Origin: Eubacteriales bacterium
GTDB lineage: Bacteria; Bacillota; Clostridia; Oscillospirales; CAG-272
Direction: 5' to 3'
Length of the DNA: 64,000 bases
Assembly: GCA_045653705.1 (NCBI GenBank)
Contig: JAZOMG010000006.1
Coordinates: 25,972-89,971, forward strand
This document shows, piece by piece, positions 28,460 to 36,985 of this stretch. Below the pieces are notes generated by a model that was not told the origin of the DNA, made no database searches, and saw nothing but the letters and a program-made list of their open reading frames with translations. How positions within the stretch are numbered: the first letter of the stretch is position 1; every line of letters begins with the position of its first letter. The position numbers and the translations under genes were made by a program.

Positions 28460-29320
28460 ATGTGGATTGCAGATAAATGGGAAGATTATGAGCTGATAGA
28501 TACAGCTAACGGAGAGCGACTTGAGCGTTGGGGACAGTACGTTTTAAGACGTCCCGACCCTCAGATAATTTGGAAAAGCTCTTCAAGCGGAAAACAGTGG
28601 AATTATGCCGATGCGGTATACAAGCGCTCATCAAAGGGCGGCGGCGGTTGGGTGAAAAACGAATTGCCCGAATCCTGGAATATAAAATACAGAGATTTGA
28701 AGTTTGTTTTAAAGCCGATGGGCTTTAAGCATACGGGGCTTTTCCCCGAGCAGGCGGCGAATTGGGATTGGTTTTCCGAGCTTATCGTTAAATCCAAAAG
28801 ACCTATAAAGGTTTTAAATATGTTTGCGTATACAGGCGGCGCGACTGTTGCGGCGGCTCGCGCGGGCGCTTCTGTCGTTCACGTTGACGCGGCAAAGGGA
28901 ATGGTGGCACAGGCAAAGGAAAACGCGGCGCTGTCAGGGCTTGCCGACGCCCCTATCCGTTATATAGTTGACGATTGCAAAAAATTTGTGGAGCGTGAGA
29001 TACGCAGAGGCAACAAATACGATGCTATTATAATGGATCCCCCATCTTACGGCAGAGGTCCTTCGGGAGAGGTATGGAAGATAGAGGATTGCGTAGACGA
29101 GCTTGTAACTCTCAGCGCGCGTCTTTTGTCGGACAAGCCCCTGTTCTTTCTCATAAACTCATATACCACTGGTCTGTCACCTATGGCTATGCAGTATATT
29201 CTCGGATTGCGTGTGGCATCGAAATTCGGCGGACATCTTGAGGCAGGCGAGCTTGGATTGCCGGTGACCTCGTCGGGGCTTTCTGTTCCTTGCGGCTCAA
29301 GCGCCAGATGGTACTTATAA
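28460..29320 (+). CDS. Class I SAM-dependent methyltransferase (COG1092/RlmI-like catalytic domain, no PUA domain)
   Basis: 286 aa from ATG 28460. SAM-binding region LNMFAYTGGATVAAA and IIMDPPSYGRG (DPPxY/F) motif. Confidence 0.8.
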   Translation: MWIADKWEDYELIDTANGERLERWGQYVLRRPDPQIIWKSSSSGKQWNYADAVYKRSSKGGGGWVKNELPESWNIKYRDLKFVLKPMGFKHTGLFPEQAANWDWFSELIVKSKRPIKVLNMFAYTGGATVAAARAGASVVHVDAAKGMVAQAKENAALSGLADAPIRYIVDDCKKFVEREIRRGNKYDAIIMDPPSYGRGPSGEVWKIEDCVDELVTLSARLLSDKPLFFLINSYTTGLSPMAMQYILGLRVASKFGGHLEAGELGLPVTSSGLSVPCGSSARWYL

Positions 29321-29335
29321 AAACAAGGTGGTTAA

Positions 29336-30199
29336 ATGAACACTCCTTTTATTAAAACAGAAAATCTATCCTACCGTTATGACGGAGACGACGGACAGGG
29401 AAGCCCTGTTCTTAACGGACTTTCCTTGGAAATATCCGAGGGCGAATTTGTCGCTGTTCTCGGGCATAACGGCTCGGGTAAATCAACTCTTGCAAAGCTC
29501 CTTAATATGATACTTACTCCCGTTGAGGGGAAGATATATATTATGGGCAGAGATATAACCGACGAGAATATGACCGAAGCCGATGTTTTAGAGCTTCGTA
29601 AGAATATCGGTATGGTATTTCAAAACCCCGACAATCAGCTCGTTGCTACTATTGTTGAGGATGATGTGGCGTTTGGCCCGGAAAATCTCGGTGTTCCGTC
29701 GGCTGAGATAAGACAGCGTGTTGACAGCGTATTGGCGGGTGTTGGAATGTCAGAATACGCAAAGCATGAGCCTCACAGACTGTCGGGCGGTCAAAAGCAG
29801 CGCATCGCCATTGCGGGTATTATGGCAATGCTCCCTCGGTGTATTATTTTTGATGAGTCCACCGCTATGCTTGACCCTGTGGGACGGCAAGAGGTTATGG
29901 ATGCTATATTAAAGCTTAACCGCGAAAAGAATATAACTGTGATCATAATTACCCACTATATGGAAGAGGCCGCTATGGCTGACAGAATAGTGGTTTTAAA
30001 CGACGGACAGCTTGTGTTGGACGGAACTCCCGAATATGTCTTTGACCAAGAGGATGTTCTTCGTGGATGCGGATTGAATCTGCCCCAATGTACAGAGCTT
30101 ATTCACAGATTGAGAGAGCGCGGTATAGAGCTTGACGGAGAATGCACTTCGGTGGAGGCTTGCGCCGAATTGATTTTTAAATCTATCAGTAAGGAATGA
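29336..30199 (+). CDS. ecfA1: Energy-coupling factor transporter ATPase
   Basis: 287 aa. GHNGSGKST, LSGGQKQR, IIFDEST. Canonical ecfA1-ecfA2-ecfT-truA order. Confidence 0.9.
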   Translation: MNTPFIKTENLSYRYDGDDGQGSPVLNGLSLEISEGEFVAVLGHNGSGKSTLAKLLNMILTPVEGKIYIMGRDITDENMTEADVLELRKNIGMVFQNPDNQLVATIVEDDVAFGPENLGVPSAEIRQRVDSVLAGVGMSEYAKHEPHRLSGGQKQRIAIAGIMAMLPRCIIFDESTAMLDPVGRQEVMDAILKLNREKNITVIIITHYMEEAAMADRIVVLNDGQLVLDGTPEYVFDQEDVLRGCGLNLPQCTELIHRLRERGIELDGECTSVEACAELIFKSISKE

Positions 30200-30202
30200 A
30201 AT

Positions 30203-31054
30203 ATGTCTGAAATAAAAATAGAAGAGCTTACTTATTTTCACGGTAAGGATACGCCTTATGAGATAAAGGCTCTTGATAACGTCACGTTGACAATTCCAAG
30301 GGGCGTTATAACGGGAATTATAGGTCATACGGGCTCGGGTAAATCTACTCTTGTGCAGATGTTCAACGGAATTCTCCGTCCCGAGCGGGGCAGAGTGCTT
30401 TTGGCTGGCTCGGATATATGGCACAAGCCTAAAAATATACGGGCTGTCAGATTTAAGGTTGGGCTTGTAATGCAGTATCCCGAATATCAGCTTTTTGAGG
30501 ATACCGTGTATAAGGATATTGCTTTCGGACCCAGAAATATGGGGCTTAGTGAAGCCGAGATAAAGGAGCGTGTCGAGGAAGCCGCTATCTTTTCGGGGCT
30601 GAGCGCTGAAATGCTTTCTAAGTCACCCTTTGACCTATCGGGCGGACAAAAGAGACGGGCAGCTATCGCGGGTATAATCGCAATGCGTCCCGACGTGCTT
30701 GTTTTGGATGAGCCTGCGGCGGGGCTTGACCCCCGAGGCAGAGAGGATATTTTTAACAATATCGTCGATTATCAAAGAAAAAGCGGTAGCACTGTTGTTA
30801 TCGTCAGCCACAGTATGGAGGATATGGCGAGATACTGTCAGAACCTTGTGGTTATGAACAACGGAAGGATAGCGATGCAGGGCGACGCTTCGCAGATATT
30901 CTCACGCTCTGAGGAGCTGTCCGAAATAGGCTTGGATATTCCTCAGATAAGCAAGCTGATGCTTATGCTGAAGAAAATGGGCGTTGATGTCGATACGGGA
31001 GCTTACACCGTTGAGAACGCTCTCGAGAGCTTGTTGGAAATCTATAATAAATGA
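30203..31054 (+). CDS. ecfA2: Energy-coupling factor transporter ATPase
   Basis: 283 aa. GHTGSGKST, LSGGQKRR, LVLDEPAAGLDP. Confidence 0.9.
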   Translation: MSEIKIEELTYFHGKDTPYEIKALDNVTLTIPRGVITGIIGHTGSGKSTLVQMFNGILRPERGRVLLAGSDIWHKPKNIRAVRFKVGLVMQYPEYQLFEDTVYKDIAFGPRNMGLSEAEIKERVEEAAIFSGLSAEMLSKSPFDLSGGQKRRAAIAGIIAMRPDVLVLDEPAAGLDPRGREDIFNNIVDYQRKSGSTVVIVSHSMEDMARYCQNLVVMNNGRIAMQGDASQIFSRSEELSEIGLDIPQISKLMLMLKKMGVDVDTGAYTVENALESLLEIYNK

Positions 31055-31073
31055 TTGGTAGTGCATAAAATTT

Positions 31074-31898
31074 ATGAAAGGTATAGCATTCGGACAGTAT
31101 TATCCGTCTGATTCGGTATTGCACAGGCTGGACCCTCGAATTAAAATAATAATTACGGTCCTTTATATAGTCAGTACGTTCCTGTGTAAAAATATTTTAA
31201 GCTTCGCTTTGCTGTTGTTATCGGCTATTATACTCGTGCTATTGGGCAGAGTACCGCTGAAGCTGGTTTTCAAAAGTCTTCGTCCCGTATTGTTTATTTT
31301 AGCCTTTACGGCTGTGCTGAACGTGTTTTGGACAGGTGGCGAGGGCGAGCCGATATTCAGTAAATGGATAATAACAATTTATATAGAGGGCATATATAAC
31401 GCCATTTTTATAATGGTGCGTATCGTCACTCTTATAATCGGTACGAGTATGTTACTTACTTATACCACAACTCCAATAGCGTTGACAGATGCAATAGAGG
31501 ATCTTCTTTCTCCCCTGAAAAAGCTTCGTGTTCCGGTTCACGAGTTTGCTATGATGATGACTATCGCGTTGCGTTTCATTCCTACGCTTATGGAGGAGAC
31601 CGATAAAATAATGACAGCCCAAAAGGCGAGAGGCGCTGATTTTTCAAGCGGAAGCCTTACACAAAGAGCAAAGGCGCTTATTCCTGTTCTTATCCCTTTA
31701 TTCGTTTCGGCGTTTAACAGAGCGTCGGATCTTGCAACGGCAATGGAATGTCGCTGTTATCACGGCGGTGAGGGACGGACAAGAATGACGGTTCGCCATA
31801 TCAGATTTACAGATGTTGTGTATCTTATGATGTTCATTGCGTTCGGCGGGGTGATAATATGGCTGAATATACTCGGCATTGGATTTACAATGAGGTGA
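31074..31898 (+). CDS. ecfT: Energy-coupling factor transporter transmembrane (T) component
   Basis: 274 aa. CbiQ/EcfT-type membrane protein with the conserved coupling helices (..ALRFIPTL.., ..KARGADF..). Confidence 0.9.
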   Translation: MKGIAFGQYYPSDSVLHRLDPRIKIIITVLYIVSTFLCKNILSFALLLLSAIILVLLGRVPLKLVFKSLRPVLFILAFTAVLNVFWTGGEGEPIFSKWIITIYIEGIYNAIFIMVRIVTLIIGTSMLLTYTTTPIALTDAIEDLLSPLKKLRVPVHEFAMMMTIALRFIPTLMEETDKIMTAQKARGADFSSGSLTQRAKALIPVLIPLFVSAFNRASDLATAMECRCYHGGEGRTRMTVRHIRFTDVVYLMMFIAFGGVIIWLNILGIGFTMR

Positions 31899-31905
31899 TC
31901 GCAAT

Positions 31906-32664
31906 ATGAAGGCTCTGATATATATTTCTTTTTTGGGTACTAATTATTGCGGATATCAGATACAGCCTAACGGAGTAACTGTACAACAGAAGCTTAATGA
32001 AGCTACAAAGGCTCTTTTTGGATATGACTGCGATATAGTAGGGTGCAGTAGAACAGACAGCGGCGTGCACGCTAATTGCTTTTGCGCTACAGTGTCTAAA
32101 AAAGGGTGCGATGAGTTGATTACTACGATACCTGTGGATAAAATTCCTCTTGCCATTGCTAACTATCTGCCCGATGATATCGCGGTTTTTGACGCAAAGG
32201 CGGTGGATGGCTCCTTTCATCCCAGGTACGATGTAAAATACAAGGAATACGTTTACCGTATTTGGAACAGACAGCAAAGAGATCCGTTTGTAAACGGAAG
32301 AACGTGGCATTATCCAAAAGAAATAAACGATGACACCTTGGAAAAAATGAGAAAAGCCGCAGCTGCGTTTGTGGGAACACACGATTTTGCAACGTATATG
32401 TCGGCTGACACAAAAATTCAGGACACAGTACGGACGGTGTACGAAGCGGACGTTACAAGAGACGGAAACATAATTGAATTTCGAGTGTCGGCAAACGGAT
32501 TTCTCTACAATATGGTCAGAATACTTACAGGAACTCTTATTGCAGTTGCCGAGGGGAAAATATCTCCTGATGAGATAGAAGCGGTCACACTGTCAAAGGA
32601 TAGACGCAGGGCGGGAATAACCGCGCCTGCCGAAGGCTTGTATCTTAATAAAGTTATTTACTGA
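31906..32664 (+). CDS. truA: tRNA pseudouridine(38-40) synthase
   Basis: 252 aa. GCSRTDSGVHA catalytic Asp motif and YNMVRILTG. Confidence 0.9.
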   Translation: MKALIYISFLGTNYCGYQIQPNGVTVQQKLNEATKALFGYDCDIVGCSRTDSGVHANCFCATVSKKGCDELITTIPVDKIPLAIANYLPDDIAVFDAKAVDGSFHPRYDVKYKEYVYRIWNRQQRDPFVNGRTWHYPKEINDDTLEKMRKAAAAFVGTHDFATYMSADTKIQDTVRTVYEADVTRDGNIIEFRVSANGFLYNMVRILTGTLIAVAEGKISPDEIEAVTLSKDRRRAGITAPAEGLYLNKVIY

Positions 32665-32687
32665 TTTTTACGAAAGGAGGCTGTGCT

Positions 32688-34016
32688 ATGGGATTTTTCG
32701 ATATAATTAAAAAAAAGAAAAGCGAACAAAAGGATATTGAAGTTTCCAAGAATGACGGAATACCCTCTGTCGCAAAAAAAATAGGCGAATATTTTAGCAC
32801 CGAGCCTCAAAAGGAAAAGGTACTTGCTCACGAGGATTTCGATGCTGCCGGTGATACCTATTATGCCAATGTGTCCGCTCATTACAAGGTAGCGCAGAGA
32901 ATACTTTTTATTTTCTTTGTATTTTTCCTTGTTTTTTCGATTATAACCAATTTCAGTGAAATAACCTATGATAACTTTTATTATTTGTTAAAGGACTTTA
33001 CAAGTGCCGCTGATGCGGGGAACAATAGCTATGAAACTCTTTCCTACGAATCGGATTCACGTCAGAATTTTGTGCTGTACAGAGGTGGAATAGCCACGGT
33101 AAGCCCATCTAAAATATCAATATTTACCGCAACAGGCAGACGTACGCTTAACGAAACGTCTCAGTTTTCTTCACCTTATGCTGCCGCGTCGGATAAATAT
33201 GTTATGTTTTTTGATACAGCGGGGAACACTTTTTCAATATATAATTCCTTTGCGCGAGTATATAGCGAGACATTGGAGCATCCCGTTAAATGCGCAAGCC
33301 TTGCTGAAGACGGCTCCTTTGCCGTTGTTACACAGGCAAGCACAGGATATTGGACAACGAGAATATATACAAAAAATTTCAATCATAAAGCAACAATTCC
33401 CTCAAGCAATTATATATTCGGCATACACCTTGACAGCGATGAGGAAAAGCTTTGTGTTCTTTCCTATGAAGCAGGCAACGGAACGGGACAGACTGTGCTT
33501 TCGGTCTATGACCTTTCTATGATGAGCGACAAAAAGGGAAATGAGATAGAGCTTGAGGAAAAGCTTACCTATGACGGAGAATTTCCTATAAAGTGCGGTT
33601 TTATAGATAACGGTTACCTGGCTTTAATAACCGATAGCCGTGTACGTATACTTGACCGAGGATATGATGTTTTCGAGGAAAGCTCTGATTTTTCGGGCGG
33701 TAGCTTGACGGGATATTATCTAGGAGACCACGGTGCGGCGGTATCTGTTGTGGATGTGTCAAGCTGTAAGGTTATTGCCTATAACGGCGAGGGAGACGAA
33801 CTTCATAACGGTAATATCTCGTACAACGTTTTGGATCTGAGCGTTTGCGACGGTATTATCTTTCTTCAGATAGACCAGGGGGTCGTAAGATTAAACCCCG
33901 ATAACGATGAAAGACAGCTTTTGAATGCCGGCAACGGAAAGATGCTGATATATAACAAGAGCACAGCGCTGGTATGCGGCGAGTCAAAGGCTGAATATCT
34001 TGTATTTAACAGTTAA
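32688..34016 (+). CDS. Hypothetical single-pass membrane protein with a large beta-rich extracytoplasmic domain
   Basis: 442 aa. A Lys-rich N-terminus, one TM helix (RILFIFFVFFLVFSIITNF), then about 340 aa rich in short beta-strand-like repeats. I recognise no catalytic motif. Confidence 0.6.
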   Translation: MGFFDIIKKKKSEQKDIEVSKNDGIPSVAKKIGEYFSTEPQKEKVLAHEDFDAAGDTYYANVSAHYKVAQRILFIFFVFFLVFSIITNFSEITYDNFYYLLKDFTSAADAGNNSYETLSYESDSRQNFVLYRGGIATVSPSKISIFTATGRRTLNETSQFSSPYAAASDKYVMFFDTAGNTFSIYNSFARVYSETLEHPVKCASLAEDGSFAVVTQASTGYWTTRIYTKNFNHKATIPSSNYIFGIHLDSDEEKLCVLSYEAGNGTGQTVLSVYDLSMMSDKKGNEIELEEKLTYDGEFPIKCGFIDNGYLALITDSRVRILDRGYDVFEESSDFSGGSLTGYYLGDHGAAVSVVDVSSCKVIAYNGEGDELHNGNISYNVLDLSVCDGIIFLQIDQGVVRLNPDNDERQLLNAGNGKMLIYNKSTALVCGESKAEYLVFNS

Positions 34017-34058
34017 TTATTGCTTTTTGCAAAATGCCTTGGAAAGGACTAACAGTCG

Positions 34059-34637
34059 ATGAAATTAAAAAATATTCCAAATATTTTATCGATAATAAGA
34101 ATTTGTCTTGTATTTGTTTTTGTAGCGTTGTTCTTCAACGATATGGTAATTCCTGCCCTCATTGTATTTTTGCTAGCGGGGGCAACCGATATTGTTGACG
34201 GATATCTGGCAAGACGGTATAACTGGATAACAAACCTCGGAAAGATACTTGACCCTGTCGCGGACAAGCTGATGCAATGCACAGTGCTTGTTTGTCTTTG
34301 TATAGGTAAGTATATTCCCGCGTGGTTTGCCGTTGTGTTTTTCCTAAAGGAGCTTGGAACCTTGCTTATGGGCTTTATAGTTATCAAGCGCCGAGACGTT
34401 ACGGTGGTAAGTAAATGGTACGGAAAGCTTACCGTGTGCCTTTTTTACGCTACGATAGCGGCATCTATTCTTTTTAACGATTTCTTTTCAGAGCATATTG
34501 TGCTTAATATATTAATTTATATTCCCGCCGTATTTTTCGGCATCTTCTCATTTGCAGCGTACGTGAGACATTACGCTTGGCTGAAGCACGAGGCGATTAA
34601 AAAAGGGAATTTGATAAAAGGACGAAAGGAACAGTGA
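34059..34637 (+). CDS. pgsA: CDP-diacylglycerol--glycerol-3-phosphate 3-phosphatidyltransferase
   Basis: 192 aa. CDP-alcohol phosphatidyltransferase motif DIVDGYLARRYNWITNLGKILDPVADKL. Confidence 0.85.
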   Translation: MKLKNIPNILSIIRICLVFVFVALFFNDMVIPALIVFLLAGATDIVDGYLARRYNWITNLGKILDPVADKLMQCTVLVCLCIGKYIPAWFAVVFFLKELGTLLMGFIVIKRRDVTVVSKWYGKLTVCLFYATIAASILFNDFFSEHIVLNILIYIPAVFFGIFSFAAYVRHYAWLKHEAIKKGNLIKGRKEQ

Positions 34638-34664
34638 AGCGATTCATTCGCTTAAGGTTTTATT

Positions 34665-36983
34665 ATGGTAATGTGTTCAAAATGTCACAAACGCGTTGCG
34701 GTTGTGTTTGTAAATAAAATAGATAACGGAAACAAGATATCCGAGGGCTTGTGCCTTAAGTGCGCCAGAGAGCTGGGGATTCCTGTGGATAATATGCTTG
34801 GAAATATGATGAACCAGATGGGCATATCTCCCGAACAGCTTGAAAATATGGAAGACGATATAAACAATTATATTAATGAGGCGCAAAATCTTCCTACGGA
34901 TAATGACGACCTTGAAGAGGGCGGAGCTCCCGCTATCGATCTGCCCCAGCTTTTTGGCGACGCCGGCTTTCCCCTCCCCAAAGCACCGCAACCTAACAAG
35001 GGAGATAACGGAAAGAAAAACGATAAAGGCGAAAAGACAAGAAAAAAATACAAGTTCCTTGACACATATTGCCGAAATCTGACAAGACGCGCTGAAATGG
35101 GCAAGCTTGACAGAATAATAGGCAGAGATAAGGAGCTTGACCGAGTTATACAGATACTTTGCAGACGGCAAAAAAATAACCCCTGCCTCATAGGTGAGCC
35201 GGGTGTGGGTAAAACAGCTATCGCAGAGGCGCTTGCCCAAAAGATCGCGGATGGAGACGTACCGTATAAGCTGAGAGGAAAGCAGATATATTTAGTCGAT
35301 CTTACGGCAATAGTCGCGGGAACTCAATTCAGAGGTCAGTTTGAATCTAGGATATTAGGGCTTTTAAACGAAGTCAAGGAAGCGGGAAACGTTATCCTTG
35401 TCATCGACGAGGTCCATAATATTGTGGGCGCGGGAGATGCTGAGGGTAGTGTTAACGCCGCTAATATCCTTAAGCCCGCACTGTCAAGAGGTGAGGTCCG
35501 CATAATAGGCGCTACTACGCTTAACGAATACAGGAAATATATCGAAAAGGATTCCGCCCTTGAAAGGCGTTTTCAGCCTGTAACGGTCAATGAGCCGTCA
35601 CTCTCTGAAACAGTAAAAATGCTTGAGGGTATCAAGCACTACTATGAGGAATTTCATTCTATAAAAATCCCCGATGCGGTTATAAACAGGGCGGTTGTAT
35701 TATCCGAAAGATATATAACCGACAGATATCTGCCCGATAAGGCAATTGACCTTATCGACGAAGCGGCATCAAGACTTTCTTTGAACAGCGCAGAGCTTAA
35801 TGAAACGCTTGACATAAGGGAAAAGCTGTTGAATCTGAGAGAGAGACGGGAGGCGCTGGAGGCCGCCGCGCCCACAGATGAAAAGCAGGCGCAGAAATGC
35901 TATGAAGAGATAGCGGGGATAAAAGCCGAGGAGATCAAGCTGTCCGAGAGACTTAAGGAAATAGAGCCTCAGTGTGATAACATTTATCTGACAACATCGG
36001 ATATAGCGGCGGTTATAGAGGTATGGACAGGTGTGCCCGCTATGGATATTGATGAAAATGAATTTGAACAGATAGATAAGCTTGAGAGCCGTTTAAGGGC
36101 AAGAATAATCGGACAGGATGAGGCAGTTGTTGCCGTGGCAAAGGCTATAAAGAGAAACCGCGCGGGAATTTCTTATAAGAGAAAGCCTGTTTCCTTTATA
36201 TTCGCAGGGCCTACGGGCGTGGGAAAGACCGAGCTTGTCAAAACACTTGCGGCGGATTTGTTCCATTCTCCCGAAACGCTTATAAGACTTGATATGTCCG
36301 AGTTTATGGAGAAGCATTCTGTATCAAGAATCATCGGAGCGCCTCCCGGATACGTTGGATATGATGACGCGGGACAGCTTACTGAAAAAATACGCCGCCG
36401 TCCTTACTCGGTGGTGCTGTTTGATGAGATCGAAAAGGCGCATCCCGATGTGTTGAATATTCTTTTGCAGATACTTGATGACGGAAGAATAACCGATGCT
36501 CACGGTAAGACTGTTAACTTTGAAAACACCGTTTTGGTAATGACGACCAACGCAGGCTCTGACCGCTCATCCGCAACGGTAGGATTTTCGGTACAGGAGG
36601 GCACAACGGATAACGACAATACAATGAAAGCTCTGTCGAAATTTTTGCGCCCCGAGTTTATAAACCGAGTTGACGAGATAATTACCTTTAATTCCTTGAC
36701 CGAAGACAATTTTGCAAAGATTGCCGTTATTATGCTTGAGGAGCTTAAGAGCGCCCTTGCTGAGAAGAATATACTTTTCACGTATTCTCAGCCGTCTGTT
36801 GATTATATAGCGAAAAATTCCTATTCTAAGAAATTCGGCGCGAGAAATATGCGCAGATTTATAAGAACCAACGTGGAAGATCTTATGGCTGAAAAGATAG
36901 TTTCGGACTATAACAGAACTATCGCGGGAATTGCATTAAAGTATTCCAAAAAGGAAGATAAATTAGTTATTGAGTGTATTTGA
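34665..36983 (+). CDS. Clp/Hsp100 AAA+ unfoldase, ClpE-like (N-terminal zinc ribbon, two AAA modules, ClpP-docking VGF loop)
   Basis: 772 aa. N-terminal CSKCHK..CLKCARE. AAA1 GEPGVGKTA/VIDEVH. AAA2 GPTGVGKTE/LFDEIEKAH. VGF tripeptide in SATVGFSVQ. Confidence 0.85.
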   Translation: MVMCSKCHKRVAVVFVNKIDNGNKISEGLCLKCARELGIPVDNMLGNMMNQMGISPEQLENMEDDINNYINEAQNLPTDNDDLEEGGAPAIDLPQLFGDAGFPLPKAPQPNKGDNGKKNDKGEKTRKKYKFLDTYCRNLTRRAEMGKLDRIIGRDKELDRVIQILCRRQKNNPCLIGEPGVGKTAIAEALAQKIADGDVPYKLRGKQIYLVDLTAIVAGTQFRGQFESRILGLLNEVKEAGNVILVIDEVHNIVGAGDAEGSVNAANILKPALSRGEVRIIGATTLNEYRKYIEKDSALERRFQPVTVNEPSLSETVKMLEGIKHYYEEFHSIKIPDAVINRAVVLSERYITDRYLPDKAIDLIDEAASRLSLNSAELNETLDIREKLLNLRERREALEAAAPTDEKQAQKCYEEIAGIKAEEIKLSERLKEIEPQCDNIYLTTSDIAAVIEVWTGVPAMDIDENEFEQIDKLESRLRARIIGQDEAVVAVAKAIKRNRAGISYKRKPVSFIFAGPTGVGKTELVKTLAADLFHSPETLIRLDMSEFMEKHSVSRIIGAPPGYVGYDDAGQLTEKIRRRPYSVVLFDEIEKAHPDVLNILLQILDDGRITDAHGKTVNFENTVLVMTTNAGSDRSSATVGFSVQEGTTDNDNTMKALSKFLRPEFINRVDEIITFNSLTEDNFAKIAVIMLEELKSALAEKNILFTYSQPSVDYIAKNSYSKKFGARNMRRFIRTNVEDLMAEKIVSDYNRTIAGIALKYSKKEDKLVIECI

Positions 36984-36985
36984 AA

